DNA of 64,000 bases from Gemmatimonadales bacterium (GCA_038253515.1 JBBSHB010000001.1:28220-92219), one strand, 5' to 3'; numbered from the stretch's first letter, positions 29,969 through 38,736 are shown. A program made the numbers and translations. The notes: generated by a model not told the origin, from the sequence alone.

Positions 29969-30888
29969 CCGGAAACCGGGGGCGGGTCGCCGACCACGAC
30001 CCGCAGGCGGCCGGCGTGCTCGGCGAGGAGACGCTCGGCCTCCTCGCGGGAGACACCGCACCGGGCCATGACGATGGCCGTCTTGACGCTGCCGTCGGCG
30101 CCGTCGAGGACCGCGCGGGCCGCCTCCCTCGGCAGACCGGTGGTCTCCATGAGGATTCGTTGGCTCCGGTCCACCAGCTTGTCGTTCCAGGCGCGGAGAT
30201 CCACCATGAGGTTGCCGTAGATCTTGCCCAGGCGAATCATGGCGCCGGTGGTGAGCGTATTGAGCACCAGCTTGGTGGCGGTGCCGGCCTTCATGCGGGT
30301 GGAGCCGGTCACGATCTCGGGGCCGACCGGCACGGTGATGCAGACGTCGCAGGTCTCCTGCAGCAGCGGGGGTGGCGGTGAGCAGGAGACCAGCGCGGTC
30401 CTGGCGCCCAGGGTCTGCGCGCGGGAGAGCGCCGCCCGGACGTACGGGGTGGTGCCGCTCGCCGCGATGCCGACGACCACGTCGTTCGCTCCGACCCGGC
30501 GGGCGTCCATCTCGGCGATGCCGGCGTTGACGTCGTCCTCGGCGCCCTCGATCGAGCGGACCAGCGCCGGTAATCCGCCGGCGATGATGCCCACCACCAT
30601 CTCGGGAGGCGTCCCAAACGTCGGGGGGCACTCGGCCGCGTCGAGCACACCCAGACGGCCGCTGGTGCCGGCGCCGACGTAGAGCAGCCGGCCACCGGCC
30701 CGGAAAGCTGTCTCGATCAGGTCGATGGTACGCGCGATCTCCACCCGCGCCCGGGCCACTGCGGCGGGGACGGTGGCGTCTTCGGCGCCGATGAGATCGA
30801 CGATCTCCAGGGCGGAAGCGGTATCGATCGTGGAGCTGCGGGGATTGCGCCGTTCGGTCAGGCGCGGATCGAGGTAGTCGTCAGCCAC
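29965..30888 (-). CDS. murQ: N-acetylmuramic acid 6-phosphate etherase
   Basis: SIS-domain protein. RLLYVGAGTSGRLG, GIAASGTTPYV and TGSTRMKAGTATK motifs. GTG start; 307 aa. Confidence 0.9.
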   Translation of the reverse strand: MADDYLDPRLTERRNPRSSTIDTASALEIVDLIGAEDATVPAAVARARVEIARTIDLIETAFRAGGRLLYVGAGTSGRLGVLDAAECPPTFGTPPEMVVGIIAGGLPALVRSIEGAEDDVNAGIAEMDARRVGANDVVVGIAASGTTPYVRAALSRAQTLGARTALVSCSPPPPLLQETCDVCITVPVGPEIVTGSTRMKAGTATKLVLNTLTTGAMIRLGKIYGNLMVDLRAWNDKLVDRSQRILMETTGLPREAARAVLDGADGSVKTAIVMARCGVSREEAERLLAEHAGRLRVVVGDPPPVSG

Positions 30889-30946
30889 GCGAGCAGATGA
30901 ATGGGAGTATGCGGGCGCGAACCTGCCGCTAAATTAGATCCCGACC

Positions 30947-32716
30947 GTGCCCCGGGGCAACCTCCCGGATCCAGCCAAACCACACCACGAGGCTCGCGTG
31001 CGAATCGATCGACTGCTGCCGGCTGTCATGCTGGCCCTGTCCCTCGCCTGTGCCCATCGCGGCGAGCGCGCGGTAGCGCCGGGGATCTCGCCCGCATGGC
31101 GCTTCGCTGGAAAGTCCGGAGTGGTCGAGGGCCGCGCGGCGATGGTGGTGTCGGGAAGCCCGCTCGCGAGCGAGGTGGGCCGGGAGGTCCTCCGCGCCGG
31201 GGGAAACGCGGTGGACGCCGCCGTGGCGGTGGGATTCGCGCTCGCCGTGGTTCACCCGGAGGCGGGCAACCTCGGCGGAGGCGGATTCATGGTCATCCGG
31301 CCGCGGGACGGGACCGTCCAGACATTGGACTACCGCGAAACGGCGCCCGCTCGCGCCACCCGCGACATGTATCTCGATGCCAAGGGTGAGCCGACCGAGC
31401 GGAGCCTCACCGGCGCGCTCGCCGCGGGCGTCCCCGGCGCCGTGGCGGGACTGGCCGAGGCGCACCACCGGTACGGACGCCTGCCGCTGGCCCGACTGCT
31501 CGAGCCCGCCATCCGGCTGGCCCGCGACGGGTTCCCGGTCGACCAGTACCGGAGCGAGTCGATCCGGGGAGACAGCGCCCGGCTGGCGCTCTTCCCGGCT
31601 TCCCGGGCCAGCTTCCTCCCGTCCGGCGGGCCGCCGGCGCCCGGGACGACGCTTCGGCAAGCCGATCTCGCCGCCACGCTCCAGGCGATCAGCGACAGCG
31701 GCGCCGCCGGATTCTACCGCGGCCGGGTGCCCGATCTCATCGTGGCGGAGATGGAGCGGGGCGGCGGGCTCATCTCGCGGGAAGACCTGGCCGGGTATCG
31801 CGCCGTCTGGCGGGAACCGATCACGATCTCCTACCGCGGTTACACCATCTACTCCATGCCTCCGGCATCGTCCGGCGGCGTGACCATGGGCGAGATCCTG
31901 AACATCATGGAGGGGTACTCGCCGCTGCCACGGTTCGGCTCGACCGAGCTGATTCACCGCGAGGCCGAGGCGATGCGGCGCGCCTTCACCGACCGGAACA
32001 CCTACCTGGGCGACCCGGCGTTCGTGCGGAACCCGGTGGACCGGCTGCTCTCGAAGTCGTACGCGGCCGAGCTGCGGCGCGGCATCGGCCAGCGGGCGAC
32101 GCCCACGCCCAAGTTCGACCCCTCGGCCCGGAGCGGCGCGTCGACCACGCACTACTCAGTGGTGGACTCCGACGGCAACGCGGTGAGCTGTACCACGACG
32201 CTCAACGACAGCTACGGCGCCGCGGTCACGGTGACCGGCGCCGGGTTTCTGCTCAACGACGAGATGGACGATTTCGCCACGGCGCCGGGCAAGCCGAACA
32301 TGTACGGCCTGGTCCAGGGTGAGGCGAACGCGATCGCGCCGGGAAAGCGGATGCTGTCGGCGATGACCCCCTCGATCGTGCTCGATCCCGAGCGGCGGCT
32401 CTATCTCGTGGTCGGCACGCCCGGCGGGCCGCGGATCATCACCATGGTCTACCACGTCATCTCCAACGTCATCGACCACCGGATGGCGCTGCCCGACGCG
32501 ATCGCGGCGCCGCGCATGCACCATCAGGGACTGCCCGACAGCATTCAGATCGAGACGGGCGCCTTTCCTGAGGCGACGCTGGATAGCCTGCGGGCGCGGG
32601 GCCATGCCATCGAAGCCCGCGGGTACTGGGGGGACGTCGAGGCGATCATCCGCACCCCCGCCGGGTGGCAAGGGGTGAGCGACCCCCGACTCGGAGGCGG
32701 CGGCGCCGGGTACTGA
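30947..32716 (+). CDS. ggt: gamma-glutamyltransferase
   Basis: GGNAVDAAVA, GGGGFM, catalytic Thr context GASTTHYSVVD, and TPGGPRII. An alternative GTG 30998 gives the lipoprotein-like signal RIDRLLPAVMLALSLAC. Confidence 0.9.
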   Translation: MPRGNLPDPAKPHHEARVRIDRLLPAVMLALSLACAHRGERAVAPGISPAWRFAGKSGVVEGRAAMVVSGSPLASEVGREVLRAGGNAVDAAVAVGFALAVVHPEAGNLGGGGFMVIRPRDGTVQTLDYRETAPARATRDMYLDAKGEPTERSLTGALAAGVPGAVAGLAEAHHRYGRLPLARLLEPAIRLARDGFPVDQYRSESIRGDSARLALFPASRASFLPSGGPPAPGTTLRQADLAATLQAISDSGAAGFYRGRVPDLIVAEMERGGGLISREDLAGYRAVWREPITISYRGYTIYSMPPASSGGVTMGEILNIMEGYSPLPRFGSTELIHREAEAMRRAFTDRNTYLGDPAFVRNPVDRLLSKSYAAELRRGIGQRATPTPKFDPSARSGASTTHYSVVDSDGNAVSCTTTLNDSYGAAVTVTGAGFLLNDEMDDFATAPGKPNMYGLVQGEANAIAPGKRMLSAMTPSIVLDPERRLYLVVGTPGGPRIITMVYHVISNVIDHRMALPDAIAAPRMHHQGLPDSIQIETGAFPEATLDSLRARGHAIEARGYWGDVEAIIRTPAGWQGVSDPRLGGGGAGY

Positions 32717-32755
32717 TCGGCGCCGCCGCGCCCCGCTCGAGAAAGACGACCCTGC

Positions 32756-33595
32756 TCAGCTTTGCGCGAGGAACTTCTGGTCCAGGGTGATGGTCACGGT
32801 GGTCCCCTGCGGGAGCACCACGTCCCGGTCCTTGGTCTCGACCGCGCGCTGGGCCCCGACGGCGCCGCCGATGACCCCACCGATGATCGCACCCTTGGTG
32901 CTGCCGCCGATCACCCGACCCACCACGGCGCCCACACCGGTCCCGACCCCCACCTTGGCAATGTCACCCGCGTTGGTCTTGCGGCCTTCCAGCTTGGTCG
33001 TGACCCCGGTGATCGACGCCGAGATCGGGTGGGGCGTGCCGCTGATGGACACCGACGTCGGGTCGATCGTGAGCGTGCCGGTGCTGTCGCTCTTGTTCTC
33101 CGACACCTTGATCGCGGTGATCTTGAGCGTCACCTGGGAGCCAGCCGGAATGACCACCCGACCAGACGCGTCCTTTACGGCACTCGCCACGGTCGCGGTG
33201 ACCTCGTCACCGACCTTGTTCTTGTTAGACCGGACCTCGGCGTCGGTGGTCGCCGAGATCGTGGTTCCGGCCGCAAGACCAGCGGAGGCGGCCGGCGCCG
33301 CGGCCGGCGGAGCAGCACTAGGCTGCGGAGCCGGGGCCGCCGCCGGCGTGCTCGGCTTGGGTTTGGTGGCCGGCTTCGCAGCGGGTTTGGACGCCGGCGT
33401 GGCCGCGGGCGCAGGTGTCGCCGCGGACGTCGCGGTATCCGCTGAGGGCTGGTCGTTCAGCGGCGCGGTGGAATCCACCGGAGCCAACTGCAGGTCGCGG
33501 TTCAGACTGTCGGCCGACGCCACATCACGGCGGTCGCTTCGGCCACAGGCCGCGACGGAGATGAGGGTGAGCGCCGCGAGCATCGTTCTCGACAT
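32756..33595 (-). CDS. lipoprotein with Pro/Ala-rich linker and C-terminal glycine-zipper
   Basis: Trimmed to ATG 33595, preceded by GAGGAGG. Signal MSRTMLAALTLISVAAC. Low-complexity PA-rich stretch. C-terminal GVGTGVGAVVGRVIGGSTKGAIIGGVIGGAVGA glycine zipper. Confidence 0.6.
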   Translation of the reverse strand: MSRTMLAALTLISVAACGRSDRRDVASADSLNRDLQLAPVDSTAPLNDQPSADTATSAATPAPAATPASKPAAKPATKPKPSTPAAAPAPQPSAAPPAAAPAASAGLAAGTTISATTDAEVRSNKNKVGDEVTATVASAVKDASGRVVIPAGSQVTLKITAIKVSENKSDSTGTLTIDPTSVSISGTPHPISASITGVTTKLEGRKTNAGDIAKVGVGTGVGAVVGRVIGGSTKGAIIGGVIGGAVGAQRAVETKDRDVVLPQGTTVTITLDQKFLAQS

Positions 33596-33659
33596 CGATA
33601 CCTCCTCATTGATGTGACTTGCCGGGGTTCCGCCGCTCGGTGACATTTCAGCCACTCTT

Positions 33660-35429
33660 ATGCGCGAGCTGCGATCCCTCCTGCCCTATCTCAGACCGTA
33701 TCGCCGGACCTACACATTCGGCATGGTCCTGGTGGTCGTCTCCAACTACTTCATTACTCTCGGGCCGCGTTACATCGAGCGAGCCATCGACGCGCTGCGG
33801 CAGGGTTCGGCGTTCCACCAGGTACAGATCGCGCTGGCGCTGCTTCTCGCGGTGGCTCTCGCAGGGGGGGTGGCCCGGTACGGCATGCGCGAGCTGCTCA
33901 ACAGCGGCAGCCGCCGCGTCGAGACCGACCTGCGGGACCATCTCTTCCATCACCTGCAGCGGATGTCGGCGGAATTCTACGACCGGTACCCTACGGGCGA
34001 TGTGATGGCCCGCACCACCAACGATCTGCTGGCCGTCCGGATGGTCGCCGGCCCGGCCCTCATGTATTTGGTGGATACTACCATACGTGCCCTGCTAATT
34101 GCACCCGCCATGGTAACGATCAGCCCGCGGCTGACCGCCATGGCGTTCATCCCGCTGCTGGGCCTCCCGGTGGCGATGATCTCACTGGGGCAGCGGGTCC
34201 ATCGCCGGAGTCAGGCGATCCAGGCCCAGTTCAGCAATCTCACCAGCCAGGCCCATGAGAACCTGTCGGGTGTGCGGGTGGTCCGGGCCTACCGCCAGGA
34301 GCAGGCCGAGATCGCCGCGTTCGAGCGGTTGAGCAAGGACTACCTGCGCCGGAACCTCCAGCTCGCCCGGGTTCAAGGTCTCTTCTTTCCGCTCCTCACG
34401 ATGCTGGGTGGGTTGAGCGCGGTGGTGGTGCTCTATGCCGGGGGCCAGCTCGTCATGCGGGGCAGCGTGACGGTCGGCGAGTTCGTCGCGTTCGGTGTGT
34501 ACCTGGGGATGCTGGTCTGGCCGATGATCGCGCTCGGCTGGGCCGTGAACCTGGTGCAGCGCGGCGCGGCGTCGATGGGGCGCATCAACGAGCTCTTCGC
34601 GCAGCGGCCCGCCATCACCGGTCCGGCGACGCCGGAGACCCTGCCGCCGGCTCGGGGCGGACGCACTGTCGAGTTCCGCGGCGTCTGGTTCGCCTATCCC
34701 GGCGCCGCCGATCGGGGCTCGGTGCTGGAAGACGTTTCCTTCCGGGTCGAGGCGGGGCGCTCACTCGCCATCGTCGGGGCCACGGGCTCCGGCAAATCCA
34801 CGCTGGTCGATCTGCTGGTGCGGGCCTACGACCCGGATCGCGGCGCGGTCCTGCTGGACGGCGTCGATGTGCGCCGCCTCCCGCTGGCGGAGCTCCATCG
34901 GGCGATCGGGTTCGTCCCGCAGGAGACCTTCCTTTTCAGTGAGACGGTGCGCGAGAACGTGCTGCTCGGCGCACCGGACGACGGACGGTTGGACCGGGTG
35001 GCAGAGGTGGCCCAGCTCACCGAAGCGCTCCCCGCCCTGCCGGACGGATATGGGACGCTGCTGGGCGAGCGCGGCATCAACCTGTCGGGCGGACAGAAAC
35101 AGCGTGCCGCGATCGCGCGCGCCCTGGCACAGGATCCGCCGGTCTTCGTCCTGGACGACGCGCTGAGTGCCGTGGACGCGCAGACCGAGGCCAGGATTCT
35201 TCGCGCCCTCCGCGGTGCGCTGGAAGGCCGGACCAGCATCATCGTCTCCCATCGGCTGGCCGCCGTGCGCGACGCGGACTGGATTCTGGTGCTGGACGGC
35301 GGGCGGATCGTCGAGGAGGGCATCCACGTGGAGCTCATCGGGCGGGGCGGGCGGTACTGGGAGCTGCTGCGCCGGCAACAGCTGGAGGAGGAGCTGGAGG
35401 AGGAAGAGGTCGGCGGCAGCCCGGCGTAG
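33660..35429 (+). CDS. ABC exporter, fused permease/ATPase (MsbA-like type I exporter)
   Basis: Six N-terminal TM helices. Walker A GATGSGKST, signature LSGGQKQR, Walker B VFVLDDALSAVD; 589 aa. Confidence 0.9.
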   Translation: MRELRSLLPYLRPYRRTYTFGMVLVVVSNYFITLGPRYIERAIDALRQGSAFHQVQIALALLLAVALAGGVARYGMRELLNSGSRRVETDLRDHLFHHLQRMSAEFYDRYPTGDVMARTTNDLLAVRMVAGPALMYLVDTTIRALLIAPAMVTISPRLTAMAFIPLLGLPVAMISLGQRVHRRSQAIQAQFSNLTSQAHENLSGVRVVRAYRQEQAEIAAFERLSKDYLRRNLQLARVQGLFFPLLTMLGGLSAVVVLYAGGQLVMRGSVTVGEFVAFGVYLGMLVWPMIALGWAVNLVQRGAASMGRINELFAQRPAITGPATPETLPPARGGRTVEFRGVWFAYPGAADRGSVLEDVSFRVEAGRSLAIVGATGSGKSTLVDLLVRAYDPDRGAVLLDGVDVRRLPLAELHRAIGFVPQETFLFSETVRENVLLGAPDDGRLDRVAEVAQLTEALPALPDGYGTLLGERGINLSGGQKQRAAIARALAQDPPVFVLDDALSAVDAQTEARILRALRGALEGRTSIIVSHRLAAVRDADWILVLDGGRIVEEGIHVELIGRGGRYWELLRRQQLEEELEEEEVGGSPA

Positions 35430-35439
35430 GGGCACCGGA

Positions 35440-35530
35440 CTGTCATCCCGAGCGGAGCGAGGGATCTTGCCCGATGGTCCCGGACATTCGCGAACAAGAT
35501 CCCTCGTCGCTGCGCTCCTCGGGATGACAG
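35440..35530. repeat. REP/MITE-like imperfect palindromic element
   Basis: Left arm TGTCATCCCGAGCGGAGCGAGGGATCTTG (35441-35469) pairs with right arm CAAGATCCCTCG..TCGGGATGACA (35495-35529). There are 12 + 11 perfect bp around an internal bulge and a 25-nt loop. It lies between convergent genes. Confidence 0.6.
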
Positions 35531-35562
35531 CCCCGGCTACTCCGGATGACAGCCCCGGCTAC
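35519..35562. repeat. 22-bp tandem duplication abutting the palindromic element
   Basis: TCGGGATGACAGCCCCGGCTAC / TCCGGATGACAGCCCCGGCTAC: two adjacent copies with one mismatch. The first copy overlaps the right arm of the palindrome. Confidence 0.8.
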
Positions 35563-35593
35563 CGGCTCCGCTGCCGGTTCGGCGAATGCACTG

Positions 35594-36322
35594 TCAGATC
35601 TTTCGCCGCAGCACCTCCGGCGTGAGGCCCTGGAACCAGCCCGCCAGCCGGGTGAACTCGCCGCTGACCAGCAGGATTCCGACCAGCACCAGCAGGACCC
35701 CGCTCACTCGCATCACCCACGGCAGAAACCGGCGGAAGCGCTGGAACCACTCAAGAAACGACTCGAGCGCCACGGCTGCCAGCAGGAAGGGTACGGCGAG
35801 ACCGGCGGAGTAGAACCCGAGGAGCAGCATGCCGCGGGAGAGATCGGTCGTGGTGGCGGCGAGCCCCAGAATACCGCCCAGCACCGGCCCGATGCAGGGG
35901 GTCCACCCGGCCGCGAACGCCATGCCCACGAAGGCGGAGCCGAGATAGCCGACCGGCTTCTGCTCCAGATGCACCCGGCGCTCCCGAGTGAGCAGCCCCG
36001 GATTGATCGCTCCCAGCGAGACCAGCCCGAACCCGATCACGATGAGGCCCCCAAGACGCTGGAGCCAGACCTGGTAGTAGTTGAGGGCACGGCCGAGCGC
36101 GGTGGCGCTGGCGCCGAGCAGGATGAAGACCAGGCTGAAGCCGGCCACGAAGAGCAGCGCATGGGCCAGCGCGGTCCAGCGGCGGGCGCCGGTCTCGGGC
36201 AGGGTCATCCCGGTGAGAAAGCCGAGATAGGATGGCACCAGCGGCAGCACGCAGGGCGAGAGGAAGCTGAGCAGGCCCGCCGTGAACGCGACGACCAGTC
36301 CCAGCGCGACTGGCTCGCTCAC
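35594..36322 (-). CDS. CcdA-family thiol-disulfide transporter (second copy)
   Basis: LSFLSPCVLPLVP and AGWTPCIGP Cys motifs in a polytopic protein. GTG start overlaps the fur stop (GTGA); 242 aa. Confidence 0.85.
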   Translation of the reverse strand: MSEPVALGLVVAFTAGLLSFLSPCVLPLVPSYLGFLTGMTLPETGARRWTALAHALLFVAGFSLVFILLGASATALGRALNYYQVWLQRLGGLIVIGFGLVSLGAINPGLLTRERRVHLEQKPVGYLGSAFVGMAFAAGWTPCIGPVLGGILGLAATTTDLSRGMLLLGFYSAGLAVPFLLAAVALESFLEWFQRFRRFLPWVMRVSGVLLVLVGILLVSGEFTRLAGWFQGLTPEVLRRKI

Positions 36323-36789
36323 AGCGGTCCCAGCTCCCGCTGGCGGCAGTCGCGGCAGACCCCGTAGATCTCCACCCGATGGCGTTGGTGCTGGAACCCG
36401 TGCTCGTCCGCGATGACGGGCAGCATGCGCTCGAGCCGCTCGTTCTGGAACTCCTCCACCCTCCCGCAGCGCTCGCAGATGAGATGCTCGTGGTGGGCCT
36501 GCGCCGGCATCGGCTCGTAGCGCTTGAATCCTTCGCCGAAATCGTGCGCCCGCACCAGTCCGCTCTGGACCAGGACCTCCAGCGTGCGGTAGACCGTGGC
36601 GGTTCCCACATGCTCACCGCGTTCCTTCAGCGTGCGCCGGATGCCCTCCACCGAGGGGTGGTCCTCGGAGAGAAACACCACCTGGGCAACGAGGTCGCGC
36701 TGTCGAGTGACGGGTTGCCGATGATCGCGGAGGTAGCGTCGGAAGCGCTCGAGGAGGGCAGCCTCCTCCACCTTAGCGAGCGGAACCAT
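36319..36789 (-). CDS. Fur-family transcriptional regulator
   Basis: ORF 36319..37005 trimmed to ATG 36789. VYRTLEVLVQSGLV winged helix, HHEHLICERCGRVEEF and CRDC metal sites; 156 aa. Subfamily (Fur/Zur/PerR) not resolvable by eye. Confidence 0.85.
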   Translation of the reverse strand: MVPLAKVEEAALLERFRRYLRDHRQPVTRQRDLVAQVVFLSEDHPSVEGIRRTLKERGEHVGTATVYRTLEVLVQSGLVRAHDFGEGFKRYEPMPAQAHHEHLICERCGRVEEFQNERLERMLPVIADEHGFQHQRHRVEIYGVCRDCRQRELGPL

Positions 36790-37156
36790 CGGGCGGAGGC
36801 GGGGGCGGCGGAAACCAGCGCTCGGGCGACACCGCGAGTGGGGGGTGTTCGTCGTCGATCCGGCGCTGGGCCTCGTGCAGGAGCTGGGCGAGCGCCTCCA
36901 CCGGCCCACTCCCGACCTCCAGGACCGACGACTCGAACTTGCCGCGCTCCTTGCCCTTGACCGCGAGCATGTAGCGCGCCGTGTAGATTCGCCGGCGGTC
37001 GCCATCCACCCGGGAGAGTACCGCCGTGCCGTACTCCCGTCCGTCGTGCCGAACCGAGCTGAAGACCCACACTCCGTCGACCTCGACCGGAGGGAGCTGC
37101 CCCGCCACCGCCTGAGCCAGCCGAGCCCAGCCGGGCCCGGTGCCCGGCTCGATCAC
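36773..37156 (-). CDS. hypothetical protein with poly-Pro C-terminus
   Basis: C-terminal part of ORF 36773..37750. GTG 37156 overlaps the upstream stop (GTGA), giving 127 aa (VIEPGTGPGWARLAQ..RWFPPPPPPPDGSAR). It overlaps the fur start by 17 nt. No family recognised. Confidence 0.5.
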   Translation of the reverse strand: MIEPGTGPGWARLAQAVAGQLPPVEVDGVWVFSSVRHDGREYGTAVLSRVDGDRRRIYTARYMLAVKGKERGKFESSVLEVGSGPVEALAQLLHEAQRRIDDEHPPLAVSPERWFPPPPPPPDGSAR

Positions 37157-38244
37157 GCCGACCCCTGCTCCCATCGCTCGGTGTAGAACCGGAGGACGTG
37201 CATGAAGTCCTGCGCGTTGGTCACCACCCCATAGGCCTGGTGGGTCCCGCGGTCCTTGAGCTTGTTGACGACGAACTCGGTCTGATCGACGCAGATCGTC
37301 ATCAGCGGTGCCGGCGCCCCTCGGCAGAGGTGAAACGCGGGGAGCATGTTGCCGACCGCGATGGCGTGGAGGGCGGTGGCCACGAAGATGGCGCCGGTGG
37401 CCTTCACGGTGTGCTCCCGCATGGCGTCCTGGGCGGCGAGCGTATCGGTGTGGACCCCGGGGAGCGGCCCGTCGTCCCGGATGGAGCCCGCGAGCACGTA
37501 GGGCACGCCCTCCGTGACCAGCGCGTGCATGATGCCGCTCCGGATGATCCCCCGCTCCACCGCGGCCTCGATGGATCCCGCGGCGCGCACCCGATTGATC
37601 GCCCGCATGTGGAGCCCGTGCCCGCCCTGGGTCGGCTGCCCGGTGTTGCTCATGCCGAGGGTGGTCCCGAAAATGGCCGCCTCCATGTCGTGCACCGCCA
37701 CCGCGTTGCCGGCGAGCACGGCCTGCACGTAGCCGTTCCGGATGAACCACTCGAAATCCGCGCGGGCGCGGGAGTGGACCAGCGCGGGTCCCACCACCCA
37801 GATGAGATAGCCGCCGCTGCGCTTCTCCTCGCCCACCCGGGCCGCGAGCTCCTCGTAGTTGACCGGCCGCTCCCGGCTCACCTCGGTGCTCATGAAGCGG
37901 AACTCGTTCGCTCCGTGCACGCTGCCGAGGAAGCCCTGGGAGTGCACCACGATTCCCTGGCTGCCGTCCTCCGCCTCACCCATGGCGATGAGGTCCCCCC
38001 GGCGGAGGCGCCTGGGCTCGATCGTCTCGAGCCCGGTGGGGCGCTTCACCACCACGCAATCCATCCGGGGGCGGACCGGAGCGAGCCAGCGGCCGTCCAC
38101 CCGGATGTAGGTAGGCAGGTTCGAGGTGGAGAAGAACCCCTCGGGAAGCACGCCATCCGCCGGGAGCGGCTCGAAACGGGCCTCCGGGGCGCTGGCGAAC
38201 GGCGGCTGGGAGAAGTCGGGCGAAGTCGTTGGATTGTCTGGCAT
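37153..38244 (-). CDS. TIGR00300 / LOR-SDH-related family protein (AgrE-C-like, putative ornithine cyclodeaminase type)
   Basis: VVGPALVHS, AVLAGNAVAVHDMEAAIFGTTLG, YVLAGSIRDDGPLPGV, LHAIAVGNMLP and KLKDRGTHQAYGVVTN match my recollection of the TIGR00300 family. The N-terminal ~110 aa differ from the archaeal ACT-like LOR/SDH N-domain. Confidence 0.55.
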   Translation of the reverse strand: MPDNPTTSPDFSQPPFASAPEARFEPLPADGVLPEGFFSTSNLPTYIRVDGRWLAPVRPRMDCVVVKRPTGLETIEPRRLRRGDLIAMGEAEDGSQGIVVHSQGFLGSVHGANEFRFMSTEVSRERPVNYEELAARVGEEKRSGGYLIWVVGPALVHSRARADFEWFIRNGYVQAVLAGNAVAVHDMEAAIFGTTLGMSNTGQPTQGGHGLHMRAINRVRAAGSIEAAVERGIIRSGIMHALVTEGVPYVLAGSIRDDGPLPGVHTDTLAAQDAMREHTVKATGAIFVATALHAIAVGNMLPAFHLCRGAPAPLMTICVDQTEFVVNKLKDRGTHQAYGVVTNAQDFMHVLRFYTERWEQGSA

Positions 38245-38400
38245 TTGGGGGAGGAAGGTAGGGGGGCATCAGGGCGTATTCAAGCGTGCTGAGCGTCGCC
38301 ACGGTGGGTTTACCTTTTCCCTTCCGGCCGCCCAGGGCGCGGTCGTGCTTCGCCCCGCTGGCCGCTGTCCGGCCGGGGCAACCGGCTGCCGGGCGTACCC

Positions 38401-38736
38401 GACCACTTCTGGCGCCTGGGCCTCCGAACCAATCTGTTTGGTGGACTCTACCTCGACGCCGACCACACGATCAGCTCCTCGTTCGCCGACGACGACGCCA
38501 ACCTCATCGTGATCGACGCCTGGGGAGCCGGGGTCACCAATCTGCGGGTCGGCTGGACCGGCAATGCGGGCAACATGCAGCTCGCGCCGTTCGTCGGGCT
38601 CAACAACCTGTGGGACCGGCGGTACGTCGGATCGGTGACCGTGAACGGCAACGGCGGGCGGTTGTTCGAGCCGGCGCCGGGACGGGTGATCTACATCGGG
38701 ACGGAGATCGGGTACCGGACGGCGCCTCAGCCCTAA
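38401..38736 (+). pseudogene. 3' remnant of a TonB-dependent outer-membrane receptor gene
   Basis: Own translation of the frame open from 38293: ..DHFWRLGLRTNLFGGLYLDADHTISSSFADDDANLIVIDAWGAGVTNLRVGWTG..FVGLNNLWDRRYVGSV..GRVIYIGTEIGYRTAPQP*. The pattern matches terminal TBDR beta-strands (NLxDxxY, final aromatic). There is no start codon until GTG 38509, and the ~600-aa N-terminal plug and barrel are missing. Confidence 0.6.

Noticed and set aside
28853-30631. Long N-terminal extensions in track ORFs: 28853..30631, 38733..41372, 51562..54189, 52929..55655, 17134..17952, 7402..8322, 8016..8858 and 36319..37005.
   Set aside because: The extensions read through upstream genes in another frame and are Arg/Pro/Gly-rich. 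Conserved N-termini begin at internal ATG/GTG codons that coincide with 4-nt overlaps or short gaps, so I trimmed them.
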